64,000 nt of DNA from Candidatus Krumholzibacteriia bacterium (GCA_963836185.1 CAWIIQ010000001.1:864001-928000), one strand, 5' to 3'; positions 20,422-30,608 are shown, counted from the stretch's first letter. Translations and numbers: made by a program. Notes: generated by a model not told the origin, from the letters alone.

Positions 20422-21771
20422 TCAGCATTCCTGCGGGGGGATCTCGATACGGCAGCGGCTGCCGGGACCTTCCGCCTCAACGAACTTTATAGTGCCTCCG
20501 TTGATCTCGACGGCCCATTTCGCGATCGAGAGGCCGAGACCGGATCCCCCTTCCGAGCTTGAACGTGAGGGGTCGAGCCTGTAGAAACGGTCGAAGACTT
20601 TTGAGCGCTCACCGGCCGGGATGCCGGGGCCGGAATCCGAGATCTCGACGTATGCCGATTCACTGTCGCTGCCGGTCTCAATAGAGATCTTTCCTCCGTC
20701 AGGAGTATACCTGATCGCGTTGTGCAGGACATTGGAGATCGCCAGGGTAAGTGTCGATATGTCCACGGTGGTCATGATGCCTTCGGTGGTCCGCGTCGAT
20801 ATCTTCTGGCCCCTCTCCTCAGCGAGGATCCTGAGTTCTCCCGTGATGCCGATGACCGTTTCGGACAGGTCGACCGGAAGAGGATGCAGGCCGGCCGAAC
20901 CGGCGTCACCCCTGGCGAGGACGAGCAGGTCCTCGACCATACGCGTGAGCCTGTCCGTTTCCTCGAGCATGCTTTCTATCGAATCACGGTATGATTTCGT
21001 ATCCTCCGGACCCCGAAGCGCCACCTCGCCCACACTCCGTATGGAAGTCAGGGGAGTGCGCAGTTCATGCGAGGCGTCCGCGGTAAAGCTCCGCAATTTC
21101 TCGAACGACTGCTCGAGTCTTGACAACGTATCGTTGAACACGATGGCGAGGCTGCCAATCTCATCCTTGTCATGAGGGACAGGCAGCCGCTCGGAGAGAT
21201 TGTCCGCTGATATCTCTCTCGCCTTTTCCGTGATATCGCGGACGGGGGAGAGGGCCCTGCCGGCGAGGAAGTATCCTCCGAGCAGGGAGAGCAGGACCGC
21301 GGCGATGCCGGCGATTATAAGGATCGTCGCGAGTTCTCCCGGTATCGCGGCGGCTTCCGTTATTTCGCGTGCGTAGTAAAGAGTGTAGCGGTACTCGGGA
21401 ATCGTGCCCCTGCGGAGAGCGTAGGACCTTCCATCGGAATTGATCCATGTAGCGTACTCCTCAAAATCGAATTCTACGGGAAGACCGGCCCTGTCCCAGC
21501 CGAGCGTCTGGTACTCTGGTTCGTTGTTCATCAGGATGAGGAAGAGCTCGGCGTCTCCGAGGTGCATCAGGTCGAAGATGTCTCCGCCCGAGTTGATGAT
21601 TATCGTCTCTATCGTCGCGTATCCGGCATCAAGGCTGGAACGGATCATCATCTCTACGCGATCGCGCATCAGGTACCAGATGCCGAGGGAGAGGAGCAGG
21701 GTTATGATCAGCAGGACCGCCATGTAGGAGAGGGTCAGCCGCAGGCGGATACCGGGGCCGGAGCGGCTCAT
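20422..21771 (-). CDS. HAMP-domain sensor histidine kinase (CusS-like)
   Basis: Two TM segments, HAMP, ADASHELRTPL, NAIRYT and FDRFYR..GSGLGL. Confidence 0.92.
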   Translation of the reverse strand: MSRSGPGIRLRLTLSYMAVLLIITLLLSLGIWYLMRDRVEMMIRSSLDAGYATIETIIINSGGDIFDLMHLGDAELFLILMNNEPEYQTLGWDRAGLPVEFDFEEYATWINSDGRSYALRRGTIPEYRYTLYYAREITEAAAIPGELATILIIAGIAAVLLSLLGGYFLAGRALSPVRDITEKAREISADNLSERLPVPHDKDEIGSLAIVFNDTLSRLEQSFEKLRSFTADASHELRTPLTSIRSVGEVALRGPEDTKSYRDSIESMLEETDRLTRMVEDLLVLARGDAGSAGLHPLPVDLSETVIGITGELRILAEERGQKISTRTTEGIMTTVDISTLTLAISNVLHNAIRYTPDGGKISIETGSDSESAYVEISDSGPGIPAGERSKVFDRFYRLDPSRSSSEGGSGLGLSIAKWAVEINGGTIKFVEAEGPGSRCRIEIPPQEC

Positions 21772-22451
21772 GGCTCATCCTCCGAGAGGACGAATCCGAC
21801 GCCGCGGATCGTATGGAGGAGACGCTTCCCGTAATCCGCGTCCATCTTACTCCGGAGCCTCGTTATGTGCACGTCGATGACGTTGTCTAGCGGTGTCGCT
21901 CTCTGTTCGGCCTGCCAGACATCACGTGCGAGCATCTCGCGGGTAACCGTCTGGCCGTGATTGAGGGCGAGGTACTCTAGGAGCTCGAATTCCTTCGTAG
22001 TAAGCTGTATCTCATCGCCCGTCCTGGTCACATGTCTTGTCACGCGGTCTATCTCGAGGTCGTCGATCCTTATCCGAAGCACCTCGTCGGAGCGTCCGCG
22101 CCTCGTGAGCGCCCTGACCCGGGCCAGCAGCTCGGGGAAGGCGAAAGGCTTTACGAGGTAGTCGTCGGCGCCCGCGTCGAGGCCCACGACCCGGTCGCCT
22201 ACGGTGTCTTTGGCTGTGAGGATCAGGACCGGGGTCTGGCAGCGTTTCTCGCGGAGCGACTGCAGTATCTCGATACCGCTTCTTCCGGGGAGCATCAGGT
22301 CGAGAAGGATAAGGTCGAAGGTACGTGTAGTCGCAAGGAAGAAGCCTTCTTCACCAGTGTACGCCACGGTGACCTTGTATTTCTCGCGTTCGAGGCCCTG
22401 CCGCAGCGCCTTTGCGACCTTCTCCTCGTCCTCGACAACAAGTATATCCAT
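21768..22451 (-). CDS. OmpR-family response regulator (CusR-like)
   Basis: Receiver with GADDYLVKPF; winged helix NVIDVHI..LR and TIRGVGF. Confidence 0.93.
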   Translation of the reverse strand: MDILVVEDEEKVAKALRQGLEREKYKVTVAYTGEEGFFLATTRTFDLILLDLMLPGRSGIEILQSLREKRCQTPVLILTAKDTVGDRVVGLDAGADDYLVKPFAFPELLARVRALTRRGRSDEVLRIRIDDLEIDRVTRHVTRTGDEIQLTTKEFELLEYLALNHGQTVTREMLARDVWQAEQRATPLDNVIDVHITRLRSKMDADYGKRLLHTIRGVGFVLSEDEP

Positions 22452-22496
22452 CGCTTTCCCTCCGGCGGGATAATAGCAGAAATCCCCGCCTGGCCC

Positions 22497-24665
22497 CTAC
22501 TTCTTTACGATACTGAGCGATATCCCTTCTCCACTTACCTCGATATATGTCGTATCGAGACCGGGATCGTTCTCTATCGCCTCGAGGAAATCCCTCATCG
22601 AGCGTTCCTGCGCGATCACGTTGTGGGCAACTATCGCGCCTCCGGCTACCACGCGGTCACGGACAAGTTCGAGGAATCTTATATAGTCCGGTTTCCACGC
22701 ATCGAGGAATATGAAGTCGAATTCGCCCTCGATCAACGGTATCTCCTCGAAGGCGTCGTTTATCCTCAAGTCGATGATATTTTCGAGCCCGCCCTTCTCG
22801 AAGTTTTCCTTTGCCTCGAGTCCCCTGATCTTTTCGTATTCGATCGTTATTATACTGCCGCCCGTCTGGCGGAACGCAAGTCCCATCCAGAGTGTGGAAT
22901 ACCCGTTCGAAGTGCCGATCTCAAGACCGCGTCTGTATCCCTTCTCGATGATCAGATCGTAGAGGAACCGTCCGTCCGCGGCGGGTACGTTCATCCCCCC
23001 GTGGACCGAAGGGAGATCCTTGAGCATGGGGAGTACCTTTTCGTCCGTGATGCCGGAGAATACACCGGGGAACTGCTCCGCCGGATCGGGGATGTCGAAC
23101 ATGCCTTCCTCCAGGACAGCGTCGTGCGTGACCTCTTCAATGCGAAACCTCGTTCTCGCGTTTTGGCTGTCGAAGTATACCAGGTGCGGTATCAATATCC
23201 CGTCGACCTTCCTGTAATCGGTGAAATATAGACGCCCGGCCTTCTTGAGCAGCCCGGAGCCTGAATCGAAGACGAAACGGATCTCTTTTCCACCGGGCAG
23301 TCTGCCGCTTATGACATAGACGCCGTCTCCTTCATCCTTTTCGGGATCGACTACCTCCAGATCCTTGAAGTATCTGTCCAGACGAAGCCCCCCATGCGGA
23401 TCTATCCACCAGGCGGTCACACCCCAGCCGGAGAGGTCCTCGCTCCGGATGCCGTTTGCGTCCTGGACCCATCCTTTGTCGCCGTCAAAGCCCCTTTTGA
23501 CGGGAGGATCGGAAGACAGGTCGCTATAGAGCCATCTGCCTTCGGCATCGACCGTCACTTCGAATATTCTTTCCTCCCCGGAACGGATGTCATCGCTGCC
23601 TATCCTCGCATGTTTGACTGGTTCGGTAGTGGTCCTGCAGAGGCAATGTCTTGATCTCAGCCTCTCGATGATTTCCCTGCCGCCGAGGGCTCCGGCATAC
23701 CTGTCGAGAATGTAATTGATCGTCATTATATCAGCGAAGGCGGCGATCTCTTTCCCCGATACCGTAACAAGCATCGGGGAACAGCTCCCGTGCTTCGTCA
23801 TCTCTTCGGAGAGGACAAGGGCGCCCGTTCTGCCCCCCGTTTCGCCCAATCTCCCCGTGAAAGTCTTCCTTTCCGTCGTTATCTCATAAGGAGAACCGAT
23901 CTCTTCGGCGGCGCCGGTGATCATCACGGCGCAGCCTTTCATGACCGATCTCCGAGAGGCGTGCAGGGTAACGGGTGGGGATGCCGATTCGGCGAGTCTT
24001 ACTGAATACATCAGATCCTGATCCTCGTGCGCGCCGATAGCGGGGTACCACGCGGCGCGGAAGGTGGGGCCCGGTTCCATGTCGGCGTCGTTGGCGATCA
24101 GCTGGAATCCGAGCTCCCGGCCCTCTGCCGGGTCGACCCCGATGCTGTCACACGGGAAAAAGACCTCGATGACGTAGCCGGCGTCAGTGACTCTGGCCGC
24201 CTGTACTGTCCTCACCGTTCTTTCCGATTCTCCGGCGCCGAAATCGTACAGTTTCCACCTGAGAGAATCGTATTTCTCGTCCGCGCCCGCGGCAAGGACG
24301 AGCTGGACCATATTCCTGCTGCCGCGCAGCTCGGAGATGAATATCTCGACACAGTCTTCCCGCCAGAGCCGCTTCAGTTCCTCGTGCTCGTGCGCGATAT
24401 CATCAGTGATTTCCACGAGGACGAACAGGCCGCCCCTGTTCCAGCCGAGCCTGAACCGGACATCGAAATCGTCAGCGGGGAGGAACCTTCCATCGGGGTC
24501 GGGGAGAAGCTCGACGCGAAATCCCCTGTCGCCCCAGTCTTCCGTGTTCCCGTCGATCTGTATCCTGTCGACAGGGGGGATGTCGAATATCTGCGTCTCT
24601 GCCGGTCCGGGGACCGACAGAAGGACAAACAATATAAACAGCACAGGATCGATCCTTTTCATCAC
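22497..24665 (-). CDS. Secreted fusion protein: CBM9/DOMON-like domain + middle beta-rich domain + class I O-methyltransferase
   Basis: Signal peptide; IDG..EDW, EDCVEIF and GYVIE CBM9-like motifs; C-terminal LEIGTSNGYS, FDFIFLDAWK and AHNV. Confidence 0.75.
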   Translation of the reverse strand: MMKRIDPVLFILFVLLSVPGPAETQIFDIPPVDRIQIDGNTEDWGDRGFRVELLPDPDGRFLPADDFDVRFRLGWNRGGLFVLVEITDDIAHEHEELKRLWREDCVEIFISELRGSRNMVQLVLAAGADEKYDSLRWKLYDFGAGESERTVRTVQAARVTDAGYVIEVFFPCDSIGVDPAEGRELGFQLIANDADMEPGPTFRAAWYPAIGAHEDQDLMYSVRLAESASPPVTLHASRRSVMKGCAVMITGAAEEIGSPYEITTERKTFTGRLGETGGRTGALVLSEEMTKHGSCSPMLVTVSGKEIAAFADIMTINYILDRYAGALGGREIIERLRSRHCLCRTTTEPVKHARIGSDDIRSGEERIFEVTVDAEGRWLYSDLSSDPPVKRGFDGDKGWVQDANGIRSEDLSGWGVTAWWIDPHGGLRLDRYFKDLEVVDPEKDEGDGVYVISGRLPGGKEIRFVFDSGSGLLKKAGRLYFTDYRKVDGILIPHLVYFDSQNARTRFRIEEVTHDAVLEEGMFDIPDPAEQFPGVFSGITDEKVLPMLKDLPSVHGGMNVPAADGRFLYDLIIEKGYRRGLEIGTSNGYSTLWMGLAFRQTGGSIITIEYEKIRGLEAKENFEKGGLENIIDLRINDAFEEIPLIEGEFDFIFLDAWKPDYIRFLELVRDRVVAGGAIVAHNVIAQERSMRDFLEAIENDPGLDTTYIEVSGEGISLSIVKK

Positions 24666-25174
24666 GGACCTCCTTCACCGGTGATCCTGACAGTGCCAAG
24701 TATCCTGCTCATCAGTTCGCTGCACCCGTCATGCTCATCCACGGGACACGATATCTGAACGATGTACAGCGCGTTCTCTTCCCGGTGCCCGCGCGAACTG
24801 CCGTTATGTATGACTGCGAGGATGGTACCAGGAATATCATAGAGGACGACATCGTGGTATTCAGTACTTAAGCTGTCCGGTCCGGATCCTTCGGGGATCT
24901 CCAGGCCCTTCATGCCGGCCATTTTAATCAGGTATCCGCGGGCGTCCTGTTCCGTGGAAGTGTACCAGACCATTACGTGCGCTTTTCCGCTGGGACTGGC
25001 CATCTCGAAGGTCCCCTCGTCCCCTGGACGCGGCACCCTGTGCCATCCCTCGAATGTCTTGAACTGTACAGGCAGGTCTGGATGCCTGTGAGTCTCAGCC
25101 TTAGCCTCGACTCTTACTGCCGCCGCTGGCGCGATTAACACAGATGTCAGCAGGGCGAGAATCATCTGTCTCAT
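24662..25174 (-). CDS. Hypothetical exported protein
   Basis: Signal-peptide-like N-terminus, GGAGG RBS, 4-nt overlap with the next gene. Confidence 0.7.
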   Translation of the reverse strand: MRQMILALLTSVLIAPAAAVRVEAKAETHRHPDLPVQFKTFEGWHRVPRPGDEGTFEMASPSGKAHVMVWYTSTEQDARGYLIKMAGMKGLEIPEGSGPDSLSTEYHDVVLYDIPGTILAVIHNGSSRGHREENALYIVQISCPVDEHDGCSELMSRILGTVRITGEGGP

Positions 25175-25232
25175 CGTTTCACCTCCGTATCTGTCGCATA
25201 TCTATTTATACGCCCCTTAACCTGTTGTGCCA

Positions 25233-25259
25233 CTTAATGATTCCTTAATTGTAGTTAAG
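25233..25259 (-). promoter_or_regulatory. Candidate OmpR-family binding site (CTTAAT repeats at 11-bp spacing)
   Basis: CTTAATgattcCTTAATtgtaGTTAAG upstream of the operon encoding the OmpR-type regulator. Confidence 0.4.
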
Positions 25260-25282
25260 AATACAGAAGGCATGTCCTGCCG

Positions 25283-25312
25283 GTTGACATGTCGCCGGGT
25301 CTTGCTTATCAT
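25283..25312 (+). promoter_or_regulatory. Sigma70 promoter; copy 1 of a 30-bp direct repeat
   Basis: TTGACA-17 nt-TATCAT. Confidence 0.6.
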
Positions 25313-25407
25313 CCTCCTTACGCTCGGCCCTTTTCCGGGACCGGGTGATTCTCATCGGTCAAGCCTTGATAATTGAATGATGAGAGTCGTTTAATGAGGA
25401 GGACTGG

Positions 25408-25701
25408 ATGGCGAATAGACGATTTGACGAAGAAAAGATCCGCAACATCCTTCGGCAGGTAGAAATCGGCGTTCCAGTCGAAGAAATATGTGGAAAACTC
25501 GGCATAACTGAAAAGACATTTTCCAGCTGGAAGAGCAAATATGCCGGGACAAGTGTCGTTGATTTTCAGCGGCTGAAGCAGCTGGAGGAAGAGAACAGGA
25601 AGCTCAAACAGCTGATAGTAGAACTGAGCCTTGATAAGCAGATGCTTCAGGATGTGCTTAAAACAACCCTGAAAGAGGTCAACAAAGAGGTCAAAAAGTA
25701 A
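25408..25701 (+). mobile_element. Solo IS3-family OrfA-like HTH protein (no OrfB integrase)
   Basis: RRFDEE.I..IL..CGKLGITEKTFSSWKSKY.G..RLKQLEEENRKLK..ELSLDKQML; no DDE ORF follows. Confidence 0.8.
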
Positions 25702-25725
25702 GTTTACAGGGCAGGGTCTCCTCAA

Positions 25726-25755
25726 GTTGACACATCACCGTGTCTTGCGTATTAT
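25726..25755 (+). promoter_or_regulatory. Sigma70 promoter; copy 2 of the 30-bp direct repeat
   Basis: TTGACA-17 nt-TATTAT; 24/30 identical to 25283-25312. Confidence 0.6.
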
Positions 25756-25791
25756 TCCCCGTACACTTTATTCAGGCCATGAAAGGCAGGA

Positions 25792-25992
25792 ATGAGAGTC
25801 AAAACGCGGATCTCGATCGTCGGGATCATGGTATCGATCATCGCAGCGCTTCTGTCCGCCATGCTCTCCGCTGGAAGTGACGTCAGGCTGGTCTTTGTCC
25901 TGACCGTCTTCTTCAGCGGATTCGCCGGCGGGGCTGCTCTGGTCGCGCTGATCAGCGGTATCAAGCAAGGAAAAAGTGAGGAGAAGGACTGA
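25792..25992 (+). CDS. Small two-TM membrane protein
   Basis: Two hydrophobic helices; lies just downstream of a promoter. Confidence 0.55.
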   Translation: MRVKTRISIVGIMVSIIAALLSAMLSAGSDVRLVFVLTVFFSGFAGGAALVALISGIKQGKSEEKD

Positions 25993-26046
25993 CAGTTCAC
26001 GAACCGGTCCTTTTTCGTCAAATTCCTCTGAAGGAGGTATGAAGGG

Positions 26047-28146
26047 ATGAAGAGAAAGTTTTTCGCGCCTCTACTGGTCGTCCTGCTGCTGTTCGCCTGC
26101 TCTCCGCAGGAGCAGAATCCTTTTTACACGGAATGGGACACTCCCTTCGGGATCCCGCCCTTTTCCGAGATAAAGGAAGAGCACTACAGGCCCGCCATTG
26201 AGAAGGGCATCGCCGAGCACCAGTTGGAGATCGACGCGATCGCGAACAGCACGGAGCACCCGACTTTCGAGAACACGATCCTCGCCCTGGAATACAGCGG
26301 CGACCTTCTCGGCAAGGTGACCGACGTGTTCTTCAGCCTTAACTCTGCGGTGACCAACGACTCGATGCAGGCTATCGCGATGTGGGCCGGTCCTACACTC
26401 TCAGGCCATAACGACAATATCATCCTGAACGAAAAGCTGTTCAAGCGTATCAAGGTAGTCCACGATGCAAGATTGTCCCTCGCGCTTACGCCCGAGCAGG
26501 ACAAGCTTCTCGATGACTACTACAAGCGTTTCGCACGTAACGGCGCTAACCTCAGCGAGGCCGACAAGGCGAAGATGCGTGAGATCAACAAGGAACTCTC
26601 GATGCTCACCATCAAGTTTGGAGAGAACATCCTCAAGGAGACAAACTCGTTCGAGATGGTCCTCGAGGACAAAAAGGATCTTGCCGGGCTGCCCGATTTC
26701 GTCGTCAGCGCCGCTTCCGAGGCCGCAGAGGCTGCGGGATATACCGGCAAGTGGATGTTCACGCTGCATAAGACGAGTTGGATCCCCTTCCTCCAGTATT
26801 CCGAGAGAAGGGACCTGCGCGAGAAGATCTACACCGCCTGGTTCATGCTGGGCGATGGTGACAACGAATTCGACAACAAGGATACTCTCAGAAAGATCGC
26901 GAACCTGAGACTCGACAGGTCGAACCTTCTCGGCTACGAGACCTACGCGGACTTCGCTCTCGAGGAATCGATGGCCAAGATCCCGTCGAACGTCTACGAA
27001 CTTTTCGAGCAGATCTGGCCACCGGCACTTAACAAGGCGAAAGAGGATCGTGCGCTCTTCCAGGAGATGGCCGACCGCGAAGGCGGCAATTTCAAGATCG
27101 ACAGCTGGGACTGGTGGTACTATGCCGAGAAGCTGAAGAAAGAGAAGTACGACCTCGACGACGAGGTCCTCAAGCCGTACTTCCAGCTTGAAAACGTCAT
27201 GGACGGCTGCTTCATGGTATGCAACAAGCTCTGGGGTATCACCTTCGACGAGATCAAGGATGCACCCGTATATCACGAAGATGTGAAGGTATTCGAGGTC
27301 AAGGAGGAGGACGGCTCCCTTATCGGGATCTGGTTCTGTGACTACTTCCCGAGAGCGAGCAAGAGGGGCGGTGCCTGGATGGGTACCTTCCGCAAGCAGT
27401 CAAGGACGATCGACGGCGAGATGGTCTATCCCCTCGTCTACAATGTCGGCAACTTCTCAAAGCCGACAGGCGATATGCCCTCGCTGCTGACCTTCGATGA
27501 GGTCAACACGATGTTCCACGAGATGGGACACGGCCTTCACGGCCTTCTCTCCAATGGCTCTTATCCGAGCCTGACCGGCACGGCAGTAGCTACCGATTTT
27601 GTCGAGCTTCCGTCGCAGATCATGGAGAACTGGGCGACCGATCCCGCTGTACTCAAGATGTACGCCAAGCATTACAAGACGGGAGAGCCGATCCCCGACG
27701 AGCTTGTCGAGAAGATCAAGAAGGCCAAGCAGTTCAACCAGGGCTTCTTCGCTTCCGAGTACATCGCCGCTTCGATCCTCGACATGGACTATCACACCAT
27801 CGACAAGCAGATAGGTGGAGATATAGACAGGTTCGAGAACAAGTCGATGGGCGCCATCGGCCTTATCCCCGAGATCAAGCCCAGGTACAGGTCGACATAC
27901 TTCAGGCATATCTTCTCGAGCGGCTATGCCGCCGGTTATTACAGCTATATGTGGGCCGAGGTGCTGGACGCCGACGCTTACCAGGCGTTCAAGGAGAACG
28001 GCATCTTCGATCGCCAGACGGCCGACCTGTTCAGAGAGAACGTCCTGGCCAAGGGCGGCTCGGAGGACCCGATGAAGCTGTACGTGCAGTTCAGGGGAGC
28101 GATCCCGAGCATCCAGCCGCTTCTCGAGAGAAGGGGCCTGAACTAG
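26047..28146 (+). CDS. dcp: M3 family peptidase (Dcp/oligopeptidase A-like), lipoprotein
   Basis: LFAC lipobox; KRGGAWM, FHEMGH, DFVELPSQ and GYAAGYYSY motifs. Confidence 0.9.
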   Translation: MKRKFFAPLLVVLLLFACSPQEQNPFYTEWDTPFGIPPFSEIKEEHYRPAIEKGIAEHQLEIDAIANSTEHPTFENTILALEYSGDLLGKVTDVFFSLNSAVTNDSMQAIAMWAGPTLSGHNDNIILNEKLFKRIKVVHDARLSLALTPEQDKLLDDYYKRFARNGANLSEADKAKMREINKELSMLTIKFGENILKETNSFEMVLEDKKDLAGLPDFVVSAASEAAEAAGYTGKWMFTLHKTSWIPFLQYSERRDLREKIYTAWFMLGDGDNEFDNKDTLRKIANLRLDRSNLLGYETYADFALEESMAKIPSNVYELFEQIWPPALNKAKEDRALFQEMADREGGNFKIDSWDWWYYAEKLKKEKYDLDDEVLKPYFQLENVMDGCFMVCNKLWGITFDEIKDAPVYHEDVKVFEVKEEDGSLIGIWFCDYFPRASKRGGAWMGTFRKQSRTIDGEMVYPLVYNVGNFSKPTGDMPSLLTFDEVNTMFHEMGHGLHGLLSNGSYPSLTGTAVATDFVELPSQIMENWATDPAVLKMYAKHYKTGEPIPDELVEKIKKAKQFNQGFFASEYIAASILDMDYHTIDKQIGGDIDRFENKSMGAIGLIPEIKPRYRSTYFRHIFSSGYAAGYYSYMWAEVLDADAYQAFKENGIFDRQTADLFRENVLAKGGSEDPMKLYVQFRGAIPSIQPLLERRGLN

Positions 28147-28178
28147 GATCGAATAAAAAGACGGGAAAACGGTTATAT

Positions 28179-28218
28179 ACGGGCAGAGGGTCCGCCGTCA
28201 GGCGGGCCCGCTACCCGT
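28179..28218 (+). terminator. GC-rich stem-loop after the M3 peptidase gene
   Basis: ACGGG..GGGTCCGCC-GTCA-GGCGGGCCC..CCCGT; no U-tract. Confidence 0.3.
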
Positions 28219-28235
28219 GACAGGAGGTAAGGATC

Positions 28236-28733
28236 ATGTTCAAGGCATGGACAGTTCTGAACACCGTTTTTCTTCTCTTGATACTCTTCAACCTCTTTTC
28301 CTGGTTCATCCTTCCCGACAATGTAGCTATCCATTTCGGCAGGGGCGGAGCGCCCGACAACTGGATGTCGAAAGGGGCGCATATCCTGATATTCACAGTT
28401 CTGACAGGAGTGATCTACGGCAGCTTCGCTCTCGCGCCGAGACTTCTCGACGGGGTGCCGAAGAAATATATCAGCCTTCCAAACAGGGATTACTGGCTTC
28501 TCGACGAGAACCTGCCCGAGGCTGTAAGGAGGATGTCTGGACTGATGTATTCATTCGGCATCGCCACGGGGCTGCTGATGCTCGGCGCCCTGATACTTAC
28601 AGTCACAGCGAATCTCTCCGAAACGGTAAGGCTTAACGAGGGTATCTTCTTCGTCATGTTCATAGCGTATATTGCCTACACGGCATGGTGGCTCGTGAGG
28701 ATATTCACCGCATTCAGGGTGCCGAAAGGATGA
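28236..28733 (+). CDS. DUF1648 (SdpI-like) membrane protein
   Basis: LPDNVAIHFG.GG.PDNW motif; four TM segments. Confidence 0.8.
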   Translation: MFKAWTVLNTVFLLLILFNLFSWFILPDNVAIHFGRGGAPDNWMSKGAHILIFTVLTGVIYGSFALAPRLLDGVPKKYISLPNRDYWLLDENLPEAVRRMSGLMYSFGIATGLLMLGALILTVTANLSETVRLNEGIFFVMFIAYIAYTAWWLVRIFTAFRVPKG

Positions 28734-29818
28734 GCAGCGGCAGGTTCGATCGCAAGGTGCTGAACAGGTCGCTCGTAGTATTCTTTCTCAATGCCGTACG
28801 CGTAGCGATGCGAAGTCCCGCCCAGGCTCTCTCATTCATGAGGACCGTCTGGTGGATGGGGCGGTCGGCATCGATCAGGAGATCATGGAAGAAGCGCGGC
28901 GCCCATATCCCTCCGATAATCATCTACAGCGTCACGAGACGATGCAATCTCAGCTGTGAGGGATGCTATTCGGCCGCTCTCGGCAGGGACGAGGGCGAAG
29001 AGCTCGGCAAGGAAGAGCTCGCGAGGATAGTTCGTGAATCGAAGCAGCTCGGCGTCTCGTTTTTCGTGATCGCCGGCGGCGAGCCGTTCATGCGCCCCGA
29101 GATCGTCGAAGCGGCCGCGGGCCAGCCGGGGATGGTCTTTCTCGTTTTCACTAACGGGCTCCTGATCGACGAGGCAATGGTCGAGACACTGCGAAAAACG
29201 AGAAACCTCGTGCCGATGGTAAGTATCGAAGGGGACATCGCCGAGACTGACGGGCGCAGGGGAGAGGGAATATTCGACAAGGTCACTTCAACGATGCGCC
29301 TGCTCGAGAGCAGGGGGATATTCTTCGGGGCGTCGATCACTCTTACCGGGCGGAATTTCGAGAAGGTCACCGGAGAGGATTTCATCGGAGGGCTGTTCGA
29401 AGCGGGGTGCAGGTTCTTTCTCTTCCTCGAATACACTCCGGTGGAGGAAGGTACCGGCCATCTCGTCGTGAGCGACAGGCTCAGGGCCGATATCCCGGTC
29501 ATCCTCGAGAAGTACAGGAAAAGGTTTCCCGCCCTCTTCATCGGAGTCCCGTGGGATGAGGACGATGTCGGAGGATGCCTCTCTGCCGGGCGGGGTTTCG
29601 TTCACATAGATCCCTGCGGCGATATCGAACCATGCCCCTTTGCCCCGTTTTCCGACTCGAGCGTGCGTGGAAGGCCCCTCGTCGAGGCACTGCAGTCGCC
29701 TTTTCTCGAGAAACTGCGTGCGGACCCTGAGTTCGCCCGCGAAACGGGCGGAGGGTGCGTTCTGTGGAAGAAGAGAGAAGAGGTGGCGGCCCTGCTCGAA
29801 GAGTCAGGTTCCCGTTAG
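28730..29818 (+). CDS. Radical SAM protein with SPASM/twitch domain
   Basis: CNLSCEGC, GGEPF and GCLSAGRG..GDIEPCPF; ATGA overlap with the upstream gene. Confidence 0.88.
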   Translation: MSSGRFDRKVLNRSLVVFFLNAVRVAMRSPAQALSFMRTVWWMGRSASIRRSWKKRGAHIPPIIIYSVTRRCNLSCEGCYSAALGRDEGEELGKEELARIVRESKQLGVSFFVIAGGEPFMRPEIVEAAAGQPGMVFLVFTNGLLIDEAMVETLRKTRNLVPMVSIEGDIAETDGRRGEGIFDKVTSTMRLLESRGIFFGASITLTGRNFEKVTGEDFIGGLFEAGCRFFLFLEYTPVEEGTGHLVVSDRLRADIPVILEKYRKRFPALFIGVPWDEDDVGGCLSAGRGFVHIDPCGDIEPCPFAPFSDSSVRGRPLVEALQSPFLEKLRADPEFARETGGGCVLWKKREEVAALLEESGSR

Positions 29819-30480
29819 AACTCGTGTCCAAGCTCTGTCACCGAACTGACCCCTTCCATGCCTGACAGCTCCTTAATTATTACCAGGTGCGTCTTTTTCG
29901 ATGTGTTGTATTCGATGATAACGTGCCATGTCCCCGCTGAAAGCTTGACGTCGTGGACCTCTGTAGCGATTTTCAGCTTCGAGAACTCTTTCAGCACTGC
30001 CGGGATCATCCCATCACGGGGCTCAAGCACGAGCTGGATGATGTGGTTCGCGTGGAAGTGATGGATGCCTGACTCGAAGAACCTCACCGCGATCAGTGTA
30101 AGTGTGATGATAGCGGCTCCCGCGACGGCCAGAAGGGTATATCCCGCTCCTATGGCGACCCCAAGGGCGGCGAGGACCCAGATCGTAGCTGCAGTGGTCA
30201 GGCCGGAAACAGTGAATCGAGATCGCATGATCGTGCCGGCGCAGAGGAATCCGACGCCCGTTACGACCTGGGCGGCTATCCTTCCCGGATCGGCTATCCC
30301 GGCGGCCGTCCTGGCCACTTCGATAGAGATGATCATGAAGAGGCACGAACCGACGCATATCAGGATATTCGTCCTGATGCCGGCCGGCTTTCCCTTGAAC
30401 TCACGTTCGAGCCCGACGACTCCTCCTACGAGAAGCGCTATGAAGAGTCTGAAGATATAGACTGTGATCGGCTCTGTCAT
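29815..30480 (-). CDS. MgtC/SapB family protein
   Basis: GLERE..KPAGIRT, DPGRIAAQVVTGVGFL and GLTTAATIW. Confidence 0.92.
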   Translation of the reverse strand: MTEPITVYIFRLFIALLVGGVVGLEREFKGKPAGIRTNILICVGSCLFMIISIEVARTAAGIADPGRIAAQVVTGVGFLCAGTIMRSRFTVSGLTTAATIWVLAALGVAIGAGYTLLAVAGAAIITLTLIAVRFFESGIHHFHANHIIQLVLEPRDGMIPAVLKEFSKLKIATEVHDVKLSAGTWHVIIEYNTSKKTHLVIIKELSGMEGVSSVTELGHEF

Positions 30481-30608
30481 CGGATCCCCCTTCCGCTGTT
30501 TCAGGATGATTCTATTTCTACTGACAGCCATGCGGCAAGCGTTTTCGCTGGAAAAGGAACCCTTTCGCCGGTATCTTAATACAGCTTTTTACTCATCGAA
30601 AGAGCCTG

